DNA of 56,600 nucleotides. It comes from Chromera velia. Its lineage: Eukaryota. The stretch is from NCBI GenBank assembly GCA_018398765.1, contig JAHBMJ010000114.1, positions 1 to 56,600 of the forward strand. Reading direction: 5' to 3'. This document shows, in pieces, positions 1-13,419 of this stretch. Both the position numbers and the translations under genes were made by a program. The notes beneath the pieces were generated by a model. The model saw nothing but the letters and a program-made list of their open reading frames with translations, was not told where the DNA came from and ran no database searches. Each line of letters begins with the position of its first letter. The first letter of the stretch is position 1.

Positions 1-1296
1 ACACAGCGGGCAACCCCCATGAAAGGTAAGAATGAATGTCCGCAAACAGATCTGCCGATTTGACACCCACAGAAAGCAGTTCAACCAAACAAATGTTGAG
101 CACTATGACCGTACAAGAGGTAAATGCTTAGCTTTTGAAAGCCTGATCGATCCATGGCCTCTAGCTAGAGGGCCTTGCCCACGACCAGCCATCATAGCGT
201 TCTTGTTTTTTCTGGGTGAGGCCCGGCACTGGCCACTGGGTCTTAGTCCACCCAGGAGCCCTACCTCCAAATTCTTATACAAACAAGAGCTGCGCCTCAC
301 TCCCACAACTTCAGATCACCCGAGATTACCAGCCGTAATGCTTCTTCACGAAACCCAAGCACCGATAAACGGTCCTCCGAGAAAGGCTCAGTTTTAGGAG
401 ACTATCTCAGTCTGAACTGCAGCACAGATATACAAAAATTCATAAAGTGGCTCAGCTTCTGGCCACCCAGAGCTGGCCCCCTCATCCAGAAAGCCTTTCC
501 AGCTCCTTATCTAGAGCTTGTTAGAGTGTACGCACGGAAGAGATTCAATGGAAGCTTTACTGGGGCAACTTTGTAGGCCCCTTTACGTGGAGACGGGCCG
601 TGCCCTTCATGATGGAAGATCGAAATTGCCCTCTCAGGGCAACCAGTAGAGTGAATGTCATAAACCCAAGAAAAAGCAAAGAAGCCAATCCTCTGAGCTT
701 TCAGTAAAGCCTACTTTCATTGCTGGAGAGCAAGTCTGTGTGATAGGAGAGAGGCGGTTACCGTACTAGGTCGTGCTCTGATCGACTTGAAACATTCGAT
801 GGAAAGCCGATTTTGGGAGCCGATTTTAGATCGGCCAACCATGTGACGGCCCCAGAAGGCAAGCTACGCATTGTGGGCCAGGGCCTGGCGGGGCCCGGCC
901 GGCCACCAAGGCCAAAAAGCACTTCCCGGCTGTGCGCTGACCCATCAAAATGCCGATCTGAAAAATTCTCAGTCAGGTCTTCAGAAAGTTCTCCTCCAGT
1001 CAGAAAGTCGGGTCAACAGAATGGGCCTCTATCCACAAAATCTTATTGTTAAGCATTCCATTGGATTGTATTAGAAGGCTTGACAACGACAAAATCGTGT
1101 TCAGCTTATTATTCCAGAACCTTATTTTTAGAGGGGTTACAGATTTGGGAGTTTCATCCCCCTCCGGCACCTCTGGTAGCTCATGGGAGTGGTTGCTTCA
1201 GTGCAAAGGAGTTGTACGACAAGTAGAAGGGTTGCTAGACTGGTTTGGATCGCTCAATCAGGTCAGTTCGTTTTGTGTCGTTCCACCAGCAACAAA

Positions 1297-1656
1297 GGGG
1301 GGTGGACCTTCTCACAAGGGTACGAAACGACCAAATTTGGTACCCCTGGTAGAGGGGGGAGGTCCGACCTGCTCTGCAGGTTTGCGTCCAAAATGTATCT
1401 AGGAAACACTCCTAGACACATTTTGAATACAAACCTGCAGAGCAGGTCAGACCCCCCCCCCTTTACCAGGGATTTGGTATTCCTGGTAGAGAGGGAAGGT
1501 CCGACCTGCTCTGCAGGTTTGCATCCAAAATGTGTCTAGGAAATACTCCTAGACACATTTTGAACGCAAACCTGCAGAGCAGGTCGGACCCCCCCCCTCC
1601 ACCAGGGGTACCAAATTCGGTCGTTTTGTACCCCTATGAGAGGGTCCAACTCCCCC
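1297..1656. repeat. Nested imperfect palindrome: two tandem ~137-bp-period hairpin units inside a ~360-bp inverted repeat
   Basis: ggtccgacctgctctgcaggtttgc...gcaaacctgcagagcaggtc(a/g)gacc occurs at ~1361-1453 and ~1498-1590. The outer arms gtacgaaacgaccaaatttggtacccctggt and accaggggtaccaaattcggtcgttttgtac are near reverse complements. Confidence 0.85.
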
Positions 1657-2029
1657 TCCCAATGAGGGAATTGAAAAAATCTTGTTTGCAGAGATGAGCC
1701 TTCTTGGTGCATGTAGAAGGCTTTGTACGATGTCTGTAAGTGTTCTTGTATGGCTGCAACCTGGCCATTATGGTTTTTGAATGACTGACCGGTCTGCTCT
1801 CGGCAAGGCACAAAACTGTGGTTTCCCTTTGCATGTGTTATTCACCCTTGCCCCCTTCCTCTGCTCTTTGTAGGTCGTGGATATCCTCCAAGAGATGCTT
1901 ATTTTGTGTCCCAGTCCTTCCTCAACTCCTCCAGAGTTAGGTCTTTGCATTTTTGTTAAGGCCGCAGTCTTTAGACTGTGAAAGGGAGTAGCGCCCCTAT
2001 GTGCCGAGCCTGTGTTTTTTTCTACCTGC

Positions 2030-2742
2030 TTGACTGCTTCCGAAATTTCGTCCTTCTTGCCTGCTTGACTGCCCTCTAGCTTTCGGCCTTTCTGTCTGGC
2101 TAAATGCTTTCCCAATTTCGGCCTTTCCGCCCGCCCTATTGCCTTCCTAATTTCGGCCTTCGCCATGCTCCCAATTTCGGTCTTCCTGCCTGCCCGATTG
2201 CCTTCCCAATTTCGGCCTTCTTGCCTGTTTGACTGCCTTCCAGAGTTTTGCATTCCTGCCATGCTAATTGCTTTTCTATTTCGGCCTTCTTTCCTGTCTG
2301 ACTGCCCTCTAAATTTTGGTCTTTCTGTCTGCCTCAATGCTTTCCAAATTTTGGCCTTTCTGTCTGTCTGACTGACTTCGCAATTTTGGCATTCCTGCCT
2401 GTCCAGTTGCTTTCCTAATTTCAGCTTTCCTGCCTGCCTGATTGCTTTCCTTATTTTGGCCTTCCTTCTTGCCCAAGTTTCCTCCTAACGCTTCCTAATT
2501 TCGGTCATCCTGCTTGCCCAATGGCCTTCCCAATGGCCCAACTGTCTTCCCAAATTCGGCCTTCTTATATGTCTAACTGCCTCCCAGAGTTCGTTCTTTT
2601 TGCCTATATGCCTGCCTTCCAATTTCGGTCTTCTTGCTGGCCTGACTGCTTTCCAATTTTGGCCTTCCTGCCCGTCTGATTGCCTTCCCAATTTCTGTCT
2701 TCCTGCCCGTCCGATTGTTTTCCCAATTTCGGTCTTCCTGCT
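2030..2742. repeat. Degenerate ~35-bp minisatellite
   Basis: Recurring unit similar to ttgccttcccaatttcggccttcctgcccgtctga. Confidence 0.8.
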
Positions 2743-3948
2743 TTCATGTATCATTCTGATGCAAATTAAAGATACAGGTTGTGTTTGCATGCATGCTTTT
2801 ATATGTATTCTGGCAACTAGACTGATTTTCTGTTTGTGTGCACGTATTTCTGCAGGTGGTGTTCTCGGGTGTGCATGTTTGATATATACTGAGATGCCCC
2901 CCCCCCCCCCCCCCCNNNNNNNNNACCCTTGACACGCCCGCCGCTGAGCAGTGTCTCATATGAATAGAAAACAAAACAGTTATGATCATGAGAAGAAATG
3001 TTTCAATCAGATCGATTCAGAGCCATTCAGATGCATTTTTTATTGTGTTTTCGTCTTAGTGTTAATTTACGATGATAGGTACCAGACAATTTAGGGTTTT
3101 AAAAAAATATATACTCTATATATACATTTTTTTATTTCATTTTTTAAACATCTTACTAAGCTTAAATAGTCTTAAATAAATTATGAAAATCAATTAGTTT
3201 AAAGGTTAAACTATCTATTTTAATGTTTTAAAAACTAAATTTTTTAAAGTCACTTTCCAGTACAAAAGTTTCAATTGTTAGTACAGTTAGTTCTGAAAGA
3301 ACTGTACGAAATTGCGAAGCAGAAAGCGCCATTGACATAAGAATATAGATCGTACAATGCATTGCAAGTGCAACCAGGAGGGGCACTTCTGATAATGAGA
3401 AGAAAATGAAGGATATGGTGTTGCTGTTGTGTACAATCCTGCCTAAAAGCGGTTCTAAAGCTATAGCTGACTATCTTAAGAAGGTCCATTCTGTCGATAA
3501 GGCAAGTTGAGGTGAATCGATCCGATTAGTATGCAGGCTTTCTTATCCCCCCCCCATGAATGTATACTCTGGGTTGTCCTCAAAGCCTTGCTAGTGGCTT
3601 AGGATTTGGTGTCACTAAATCTAGGATTTAACCCTCAATCATCATCACTAACTTACAAGCATGGTTGCCAAATGGATAGTACATTATACTATCGGATAGT
3701 ACAATAGGATAGTACCTGATATATCTAAGGGGGGGAGGGGCCAGGTATACCTCATACTAATAATATACCTATATACTCACTATAAAACTATGAAAAATTT
3801 AAATAACTGAAAATCAATTAGATCAATTATAGTCAATCAATCATTGAGACTAGGAGAAATGCTAGGAGAAATCAATAATGCAGTTACTCTATGAAGGATA
3901 TACGATGTTCAGACAGAGTCAGTCCAAATTAGTCGGTCATGTAGTCAA

Positions 3949-4641
3949 TCAGGCAGACTCCTCCATTTCGTCCATCCATCCCTTCATAATCCCACACGGA
4001 GTGGCCTCGTAGCAGGACCGAGCCTCATTGATGGTGTCATAATGCACTCTTGCACACGCTCTTTGGCATTTTTTCGAACAGAAGCACACAAACCCACAAT
4101 GAGTGCACTTGTTAGAAGAAGCATATCCACAGTGTGTGCAATGCTTTTCACCATCCCCTGCCAGAAGTAAATTAAAGTTCCCCCAACGGACATCTACGAT
4201 GCAGGGCCAGTCCTTCTTACACTGCTTCATCTTAAGCAGACAGTATCCCCACCCCTCGTCCGAGACGTCCTCCTGGCGAACCTTCTGCAGGTCCCAGATC
4301 ACCTTACCTGGTCTAACCTTACCAAGAAGGAAACGGACTCTCAAGCCTTGGTGCACGTTGATGTTCAAGACTCGAAGGAATCCCAGGGGGGTCTCCTCAA
4401 GCCTGATCGAGTTCGGGAGTTCTAGACTGGTCAGTTCGAGCAAACGATCCCGGGCCTTTTCTGAATCCTCTTCAATTATGCACTCCTGCACAAAAAACCC
4501 GAACTTGTAAGCCGTAACGAACGGCGGAGGAAACGAAATGAATCTGGACCTGAGTGTAGTATGCATAATCCTCTGATGCATGTACTCTCTACCGAACGGA
4601 ATCATGTCCATCTTTCTCAGAGTATGTATGTGTAAGCTCAT
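3949..4641 (-). CDS. Intronless protein with a C-terminal MYND-type zinc finger
   Basis: 230-aa ORF. CTHCGYASSNKCTHCGFVCFCSKKCQRACARVH...C fits the zf-MYND CxxC...CxxC...CSxxCQ...H...C pattern. AT-rich flanks. Confidence 0.6.
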   Translation of the reverse strand: MSLHIHTLRKMDMIPFGREYMHQRIMHTTLRSRFISFPPPFVTAYKFGFFVQECIIEEDSEKARDRLLELTSLELPNSIRLEETPLGFLRVLNINVHQGLRVRFLLGKVRPGKVIWDLQKVRQEDVSDEGWGYCLLKMKQCKKDWPCIVDVRWGNFNLLLAGDGEKHCTHCGYASSNKCTHCGFVCFCSKKCQRACARVHYDTINEARSCYEATPCGIMKGWMDEMEESA

Positions 4642-5268
4642 AAGAGGCTATGGACAGCGCCCTCCAATTAACAAATTTTATGGTATTTCAGACTGAGATG
4701 AGCTTGACCTACAGATGTTCTAACTAGTCCTAACTCTCAAAAAATCTTCTAAATATGTTATCAAACATTAAATTCTGCCTAGATACTGCGTAATAGTTGA
4801 TAGATAGCCTATAAAGCTTAGAAAATATTAATATTAATTAATATTTATTGATAGTACTGTTAGGATAGTACATTGTACTATCATATTGAGTACAAAGGGT
4901 CTTAGTATATTAGAATTCGAGTATAGTATCGTGTACTATAGCAACTATGCTTACAAGCAACATCATCATTAAGCTTCAAAATTTGATCTGATTTTACTCA
5001 ATACCAGTCTGAGACCTTAACAAAAGAAGGTTTGCTATACATGTGCTGGGCGTTTTTCTAAATAAAAGAGACCAATTGATAACAAACTAATAAAATTAAA
5101 TGAAAAGGCAAGTGCCTAACACGGCCTATAATGGAACCAAACTTTGACTGTTTTGTCTTCTGCAAGACAGGATTATGACTTAAATTAAGTTTAAAGTGTA
5201 TAGTGAAAGTGGGATTCCTCATATTCTCTCCATTTATCATTCTTTGTTTTTCTTTCTTGTATGACTTT

Positions 5269-6148
5269 CGCATCCTGGCAGTGACCTATACGATAATGGA
5301 CCCTATTTGGGGCTTTCAGATGGTAAAAAAATTAAAAACACTTTATATAGTAAAATTAAGCCTATATATAGCATGGTTATGACTTTTTTACACTTTTAAA
5401 GGTTTTTTACACATTCTAGCTTGTTTAAAAGTTTATATATTTGCCTTAAAAAAGTTTTAAAAAGGCTTCTTAACTATAGGTACAATATAGATGGGGGTAG
5501 CCTAAGGTCCCCTGGAGCGTAGGGGGAGTTCCTTGGATTGCCAGTGCCTGAAACTGGCAATGCACAGGATCAACAAATAGAAAACAATAATACAGACGAC
5601 GAAAACAATGCACAGCTTGTGTCTCTTGGCATTGCGGGATTACTAGTAACAGATAATATGCTTAAGGGGGCACTGCATGGTAGACAGAGAGATCTGAGTG
5701 GGTGAGTGGGGGTGCCGAGTGGGGCGGTGGGCGGCGGCGGGGCCTCAGCGTCAGTGTGGGGGCTGAGCGTGCAATTCCAAAGGCTCACTAGATCTAAACA
5801 TACAATTCTATGCGTTAAATGTTTGATAGATGTTGGCGTTTTCATGGAAACACCCCTAGCTAGCCTATATTTTTATCTCATGATGATTTCCATCTCCATG
5901 ATGCGTACGGATGTATATGTTGCCCCCATACTTGGAAGATCTTTTTAAAGCTTTTTTAAGGCAAATATATAATCTTCTAAACAAGCTAGAACATGTAAAA
6001 AACATTTAAAAGTGTTAAAAAAGTCATAACTATGCTATATATAGGCTTAATTTTGCTATACAAAGTATTTTTAATTTTTTTACCATCTGAAAGCCCCTTA
6101 CATAGGCGAAATAGGGTCCATTCTCACATAGGTCACTGCCGGGATGCG
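5269..6148. mobile_element. Non-autonomous DNA transposon/MITE with ~195-bp terminal inverted repeats
   Basis: 5269-~5464 (cgcatcctggcagtgacctat...) is the reverse complement of ~5941-6148 (...ataggtcactgccgggatgcg). TTT lies on both sides (possible 3-bp TSD). Confidence 0.8.
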
Positions 6149-6437
6149 TTTGCTAAATTTGTTTCCTTTTACACTTAGTTATGTAGTTTTTAAGGCTTTT
6201 AACAGTATCCGAAGTGAACTCTGTGTGACTATTAACTCATGGTTTGCATGGCTTCGTTCGAGAGCATCGGTCTGAGGAAGTATTCTACTGTAACAATTAA
6301 AAGATCGAAGTGTACACGTCTGTTTATGTCTGTGTGGTTTTTTTGTTTTTACAAATGCATATATGGAGTCGTATACATGGTTGAATATGGTTGATAGACT
6401 TGGTTGGGCAAAAATTAATTTTTTTCAATTGATTTAA

Positions 6438-6746
6438 TGTAGTGTAGTGGCTAGCCATACATTAACAGACGAGGGCTCATTGAGACAGAGACAGCTAGTC
6501 AGATGGAAGGTCTGTCATGCTAGGCATTTGTTATTATTCCCTCGTTCATTCTGTTTTTGTCAGTCTGACTCTAATGCGACAGAAACACGACTGTTGATTC
6601 ATGTAGCTAAATCATATGCAATGATATACACGCTTACTTTGATCGCGGCCCTGGAACGACACACACACGGGCCGGTTCCATCACAATCGACACACAAAGG
6701 TGGGGCGCTCAGTGATGCTCGCACCACGACGGGCATACATGTTATA
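6438..6746 (-). repeat. 3' LTR
   Basis: Direct repeat of 8837-9161. Confidence 0.85.
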
Positions 6747-7362
6747 CATGCCCCTCCTCAGAATGATTGTCCTCGATCATTTCCTTTCTTTCATGCAAGT
6801 ATCGTTCATCCTCGATTATGCTTTGTTCATTCCTGCCTATACTTGAATGAACTCACACAATGGAATCAGGAGCGAACAGATGCACATCGATCCTCACAAG
6901 GCTGACATCATGGAATCAAAAAATCAATTGCATCTGCATGAGGATAAAAAATTTTGTTTCACATCCACACACACGCTTTGATCGATCGTCTAGCTTATGA
7001 ACACATGACATGAAAGGTGTGGTTGCAACTGGACCTGCATAAGCTTGCTCGCTTTGTGTATGCACGCATAACTTATGGTGGCAACCATACCAGTCTCTAT
7101 AGGGTCAGACTCACCAACCCTGTAGCCTCCCTCTCTCTTCTTCCTGGTGGTAATGCATCTGTGCACACTCGTCGCACTGTCAACATGAACGGCTGATGCT
7201 ACTCAATCAATTATCCACACTTTGAGTACTACTGCACAAACAGACTGCAAGCTGGTCTTTCTGCGTTTCTTTATAGCTGTTGGTTAGAAGAATTGTCAGC
7301 CTTCTCCTTTCTTCTGTCAGACGCAATTTGACATACTCTTGCTTTCTCCCCTTCCTTTTGCT

Positions 7363-8606
7363 TCACTCAGTGTACAAACTCCAATGAGATCGACCTAGGG
7401 TGGGGTCTGCCTCCACTTCCCACAGCTTATGCAAGAGGGCACCACAGGTTGTTTCCTCTATCTCCTCTTTCTTACTCTTCTTCTCCTCCTCTTTCTCTGC
7501 CTGTCTGGCAGCGAATGCGCTTTCAATTTCTGCGATCTGCTGCTTTATCAACTCCTCCTCCCTCTCCACTCTTCTGGGGCCTGGTATGCGACTTTTAACT
7601 CCTGTCTGGATCGGTCTTTCTGTTTGACGGCGATTGGGGGAATTGGCGAACTCATCTTCTTCTTCACCATCTCTATCCCGTCCCTCACTGCACTCACACC
7701 CTTCGATGTGATACATGCCTGAGGGGCGGTGCACCCACTCGTCATCAGACCTCTCTTCTGTAGCATGGACCATCTTTGGCCGCCCCTCTGGCCCCCAGAT
7801 ATCGCTGGTCTCATCGGAGTCATAACCAAACGATAGGTGTTTTGACCTTCTGCCATCTGCTCTCTCTCTCGGCTTCTGAATGATGATAATATCGTGGTCA
7901 AGACAGTCTTTTACACCATGATTTGCGTACAATGTCCTGCAGAGGAAACATCCGTGGAACTCTCTAAGGATCTCTTTCTCTTTATCGGTCAGGCGTAGCA
8001 GCTTTCGGATGTTGTGCTCTCTGCTTCTATTCATCTGCCCCAGTGCACCAATGTCCATAGGTGCTGGACCAGTGGGATCATGTGACATATGACCTCCACC
8101 AATGGTCACAGGGGTGCTTCTGTTGAGAGAAGTGTTCTAGGGTGGGTCGCTGCTGCAGCAAACGAAACGGATGGGTGGGGAACGATCGAAAGTACTTCAA
8201 ATGCTGCTCCTACTGCTGCCTCAAGGTTTGTGGGTTTCTTTTTCTTCACTTCCTTCTGAACGTCTTCGGGAAGACCCTTCTCATACTGATATACTTTATC
8301 GCCCATGTTCATATCAGAGATGAAGAGCATCTTGGAAATGAAGTTGCTCGTGTACGTCTTGAGATCTATGCCCGACACTCCCGCATACTTCATCCTGTCC
8401 AGTTCATCTCGCTGATCATCACGAGTCTGTCTGTCCTGAAAATATGTTAGCAGGACAGTCTGGAGCTCCAACCACATCGCAGGCGTATGCCCATTCTTTT
8501 TTGCGAGCTTCACAGCCATGACCGCATCGCTTTTAAGGTGGCTGTCGGCTGCACTGAGCAGCTGCGCATCAGTCATACCATGGAAGTCGCGGTACTTCTT
8601 GCACAC
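7363..8606 (-). pseudogene. gag: Frameshifted retrotransposon gag (capsid plus zinc knuckle)
   Basis: ORF 8106-8606 resembles Retrotrans_gag (LKTYTSNF...DKVYQYEKGLPEDVQKEV...PTNLEAAV). ORF 7363-8109 has PAPMDIGA and the knuckle CFLCRTLYANHGVKDC. The frame breaks at ~8108. Confidence 0.8.
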
Positions 8607-8836
8607 CCAGACTTAATCTTTGAATTCCTCAACTGTTTCAACATAATCGTAGATCGGTTTGATCGCCTTCGTAAAAGCACTGGAAGAAGTGGAATGCAAG
8701 TGGCCGAGGATCGCTCTCAGCTCAGCAATTTCTGCAGCCTGAGCTTGATACAAGGCTTTCAACTCTTCGAATTCTCTGGTGAAACCTTCCATCCTGACAG
8801 AGCAAATTTGGTCGCAACGAGGCTCCTGCTATCACG

Positions 8837-9161
8837 TGTAGTGTAGTGGTTAGCTATACGTTAGCAGATGAGGGCTCATCGAGATAAAGACAGCTAGTCA
8901 GATAGAAGGTCTGTCATGCTAAGCGTTTGTTGTTATTCCCTCGTTCATTCTGTTTCTGTTAGCCTGACTCTCATGCAATAGAAACACGACTGTTGATTCA
9001 TGTGGCTAAATCACATGTAATGACGGAAGCGCTTATTTTGATCACGGCCCCGGAACAACACACACACGGGCCGGTTCTATCATAATCGATACGCAATTAA
9101 AAGCGGGGCGCTCGCTGATGCTCACACCATGACTCGCACCACAACGGGCATACACGTCACA
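8837..9161 (-). repeat. 5' LTR
   Basis: Direct repeat of 6438-6746, followed on the minus strand by a PBS-like tgatagcaggagcctcgttg. Confidence 0.85.
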
Positions 9162-9359
9162 TTTAATTTATAAGTCGAGTTACAAGCAATGATGGATGAA
9201 CCTCCTTTAAGTTACCAAACTTGGTTTATTAACTTACTAGACTAACTGACAAGTAGCTTTATCATATGATAACATGATGAAAGACATCTTGTGAAGCAAA
9301 AGCTGCTAATTGGTTTATCATGTTTGACTGCAGTGATCGGGGTGATCCAAGATGTGCAA

Positions 9360-9985
9360 AGGAGAACGGTAAAGCCCTCTCTCTTCTTATGGACTGCTTT
9401 TTGTCGTTCTGTCTGACTCAGAAAGAGGAAGTGACAGGAAGAGTGACAAGAAAGGAAACTTCAACCAGAGCAAAAAACAAAAAGAATGAAGAATTCAGAC
9501 TAAGTGAGAAAAGGAGAGACGTACTCTTCTGTTTAAATTTCTTTCACACTTTTCTAAGTAATTAAGAACGTTCTTTTCCCGAGACGTACAGTCTGAGAGG
9601 GAAATAGAAAACCCTCTCTCTTCTTATGGGTTGCTTCTTGTTGTTCTGTCCGACTCAAAAAGGGTGAAGCAACAGAAGGAGTTGCAGAAAAGAAACTTTC
9701 AAACAGAGAAGAAAAAGGAAAGAGAAATTAAGAGTTCACTTCTTTTTTCTTTCACACTTTTCAGAGTCACCAAGAACGTTCTTTTCCCAAGATACACAGA
9801 GGGGAATGAAAAACCCTCTCTCTTCTTATAGGTTGCTTCTAATCGTTCTCTAAGATCGTTCTATCTGACTAAGAGAGGTGAAGTGATAGAAAGAGTGACA
9901 AGAAAGACAGGTTTCACACTCTAAGTCTGAGAAAGAGAAAAGAAAAGAAAGAAAGATTGAGACTGAATGAGAAGAGAAAGAAATT
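9360..9985. repeat. Degenerate ~200-240-bp tandem repeat (about 3 copies)
   Basis: aaa(a/g)ccctctctcttcttat(g/a)g...gttct...gact recurs near 9371, 9608 and 9810. Confidence 0.6.
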
Positions 9986-10969
9986 CACCATCGATTAATG
10001 AATAAACTGTCTGAAAAGCAAACAGAGTAACTCTGATATAAAAACTTTGACTCGCTAAGCCTTCAACCACACGCAACTACACGCAACCACACCCTTCCTT
10101 CACACTGCATACCTCCAGTAAAGGCGCATTGCTATGTTTCCACCCCTTCCGGTATGAGGTCTTGTTCAAAAATGTGGTAGAGCAGACAAAGCAAATCATT
10201 TCGGAGGCTTTCTTCAGGGTCTTTATCCAATGCATTCTCCACCATCTGGTTGGGGAGCGCTGGCTGTGCTGCGAGTGCGTCTGATGCCCTTTTGATCAGC
10301 TGAGCAAGTCAAACGTCTCTCTGTATATCCGTTTGATCGCTGTCTTGGCTAGTCGTCTTGATGGGCCCATCGATGCAGAGACAGCCAACCACAAAGTTCA
10401 CCACTTGCTTGTTAATAAGCTTCTGTTTTCTTGCTTTAGTTGCTATCTCAACTTTTTTTCAGAAGTCCAGCGCTTCTGTACTATCCATCTCCTTCCTTGT
10501 GCCCCTCATATCATCATCATGATCATAAATAATATTAAGATTAAGATTAATCTTCCGTGAAAAAACAAAATGGGAGGGCAGGGCGCCGCAGGGGGGGAAC
10601 GAAATCGCTAATAGTATCTAATAGTTAGTAATTTCATCTATTTTTTACAAACCAAATTTAAGGGTGGAGAAACCCTAGCAGAGACCGTCTATAATAAGTG
10701 ATAAGCTAGCTAGTAATTAGTAAATGATTTAGTTGTTCCTCTAAAACACTCAGCATGACTCAACACTGTCAATGTTTTCAACGTTCGGCAGTTTTTTTTT
10801 GGGAAGTACATCGTTAACCCCCTTCACTAACACTTTACACAACAATGTTACATGCAGTGTGCGACAGTAAAAATTAAAGCAAAACAACATAAAAGCCAGG
10901 AGCTGGACTCTGACGGCTATAGTCATTCATTCATTCATTCATTCAAATAGCTAGCAGTTTTTAAACGTA

Positions 10970-11406
10970 GGCGTATCACAGTAAAAAAAAAAAAAAAAAA
11001 GTCAATCCTCGTGTGTTTTTTTTTTTAAACATGTGTTGGGATTTCTCCTTAGGCCGCTTTCCGGGGCTTTGTCTAATGGGCCGCGTGCATATAGAGAGGC
11101 GTAATGCACAGAGATGTAGTATTGTAATGTAGCAACTGATCAATGCATGCAGAAACTGATCAATCCATCGTAGCGTATATCTCTGGCTAAAGCCAAGACA
11201 GACGGCCTCTCCTATGAACCTGAAAGTATGACGGAATCTTTATCACTATGTTAGATAACAAACAACTGTTGTTCAAGTATGGTTGAACTGTTGTTTTAGT
11301 GTTGCACAACTGTTGCTTAGGTGTTACACAAAAAAAAAATAATTAAAGCCAATTCTGCATGGTTTGCTTTTTTTTTTTCTTGCTGTGATACGTTAGGTGA
11401 TACGCC
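10970..11406. mobile_element. Putative MITE
   Basis: Ends ggcgtatcac and gtgatacgcc with inner A/T tracts, and TA on both flanks. Confidence 0.45.
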
Positions 11407-11919
11407 TAGTTTTAAACATGCACCGTAACCATATATATCAAACCAAATGATTGAAATAAATCAAATGATACATGTAACAATTTAATTGATAAATTGATAA
11501 TAGTTGTTTATTAATGTTATACAATCTCTACAACATGTTGCACATAAGGATAAAAAAGCCACTATAACAACCAGTGTTAACCATATGCATGCACTGGCAG
11601 TCTTAGTCGGAGTTGGCCGCCGGGACTGGTACATAATAGACTCAGACACTGCATCATATTGGTGCAGTGGGGAGTGTATAGACGCCGTATACTTGAATGT
11701 ATAGTTGTATACAGCACGTAGCGCAGCATGTAAACAGGAACATCTTAAGCTCGACCTCCACAGCTTAGGCGGATGCAACCGAAAGCAGTATCTTCTGCAT
11801 TGAAAGTAAAATTATTCAATCTACAACACCTCGACTCCCTGTAGCTTTCTGGGTTTTCTGTGGTAGAAGAGTTTCTCGAAGGAGAGGGAGATAAATACCA
11901 AAGCTGCTTGATCATCATC

Positions 11920-11984
11920 TTAATACTCCCGAACCTTCTCTCCCCCCTCTGGAATATCATCTGGGTCTCCTGCCCATGCAACCG

Positions 11985-12071
<87 letters not shown>

Positions 12072-12098
12072 CACGCACACACGCACACACGCACGCAC

Positions 12099-12167
<69 letters not shown>

Positions 12168-13023
12168 AGTTCACACTGAAATTGAGGACAAACGAACGCA
12201 CATCTGAGGACGTGTTTTTTAACACGGGAAAGGGAGACGCTTGAGCAGAACTCAGAGAAGTTGAAAGATCTCAAAGGATCTCTATCTGTCTCGGCAGCAA
12301 CGCGGACCTCTCATGCAAATTGGGCGATACAGCCAGCCAGCTAGATAGACAGACAGGCAGACAGACATTCAGACAGACAGATAGACCGACAGACAGATAG
12401 ATTATATGTTTCTTCTTCTCCCTCCTCTTCTTCATGTGTACGACAGACAAAAAGCTATAGCCAGCCGGCCAGCGAGACAGACAGACTGACATGCACAGGC
12501 AGAGACACTGGCAGACATGGAGACAGACAGAATAGACAGGTATGGACGCAGATACGTAGCAGAGCAGGCAGGAAAGAAAACAGGCTCCCGCTGCCTCTCT
12601 TGGTCTATGATTCAAAACGACGACGCATACCCATGCACCCACACATGAATTCACGGATCCTTATGTACAGGTTTCTCCCCCCTTCTTTGTTTTTTCCCCC
12701 TTCCCCCATTCTGGTTGCGTCCATTGTTGCTTCCTCCCTCCCACCCTCTCTCCCTTCCTCACTCCCTTCCTTCCTTCTTCAGCTTCTCTTTAATCTTTTT
12801 CGCATTTCCTTTCGACCGATTTCCCGTCTTTCCCTTCTTCTTGCTTGCTTGCTTACTCCATTTTCTCCAGTCCACCTACCTGGTCCAGAAGTGAGCAAGA
12901 GTTTCTGCTCTGCTCCAAGATGCTCGTCTGTTCCCACACTTGATTACCTTAGATTCTTTTCACCGCTCATCTCACTCATTCCTGAGGGCCCTTCTTTCCG
13001 TTTCCGGTTCCTTAAAAACCTCT

Positions 13024-13068
<45 letters not shown>

Positions 13069-13159
13069 TGTCTTTGTTTGTTTCTTTCGCTCTCTTTCTC
13101 TTTCCATCTCGCTTTCTCTTTGCTTTTTTTCTTCGTTTCTTTTCTTCCTTCCTTCCTTC

Positions 13160-13198
<39 letters not shown>

Positions 13199-13242
13199 TT
13201 TCTTTCTTTCTTTTTCTTTCTTTCTTTTTCTTTCTTTCTTTT

Positions 13243-13317
<75 letters not shown>

Positions 13318-13351
13318 CTCACTCGCTCTCTCGCTCTCTAGCTCTCTCTCG

Positions 13352-13419
<68 letters not shown>

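Larger units (their letters stand above)
6438..9161 (-). mobile_element. Gag-only (pol-less) Ty3/Gypsy-like LTR retrotransposon
   Basis: Direct LTRs at 6438-6746 and 8837-9161. The element starts TG and ends CA, with a 5-bp TSD TTTAA (6433-6437 and 9162-9166). A tRNA-iMet-like PBS lies next to the 5' LTR. Gag remnants are internal, and no RT/RNase H/integrase motifs were seen. Confidence 0.9.

Noticed and set aside
1..1290. Short ORFs and coding-like degenerate sequence at the window start
   Set aside because: No recognisable domain in any frame I read. Possibly a decayed element but unsupported.
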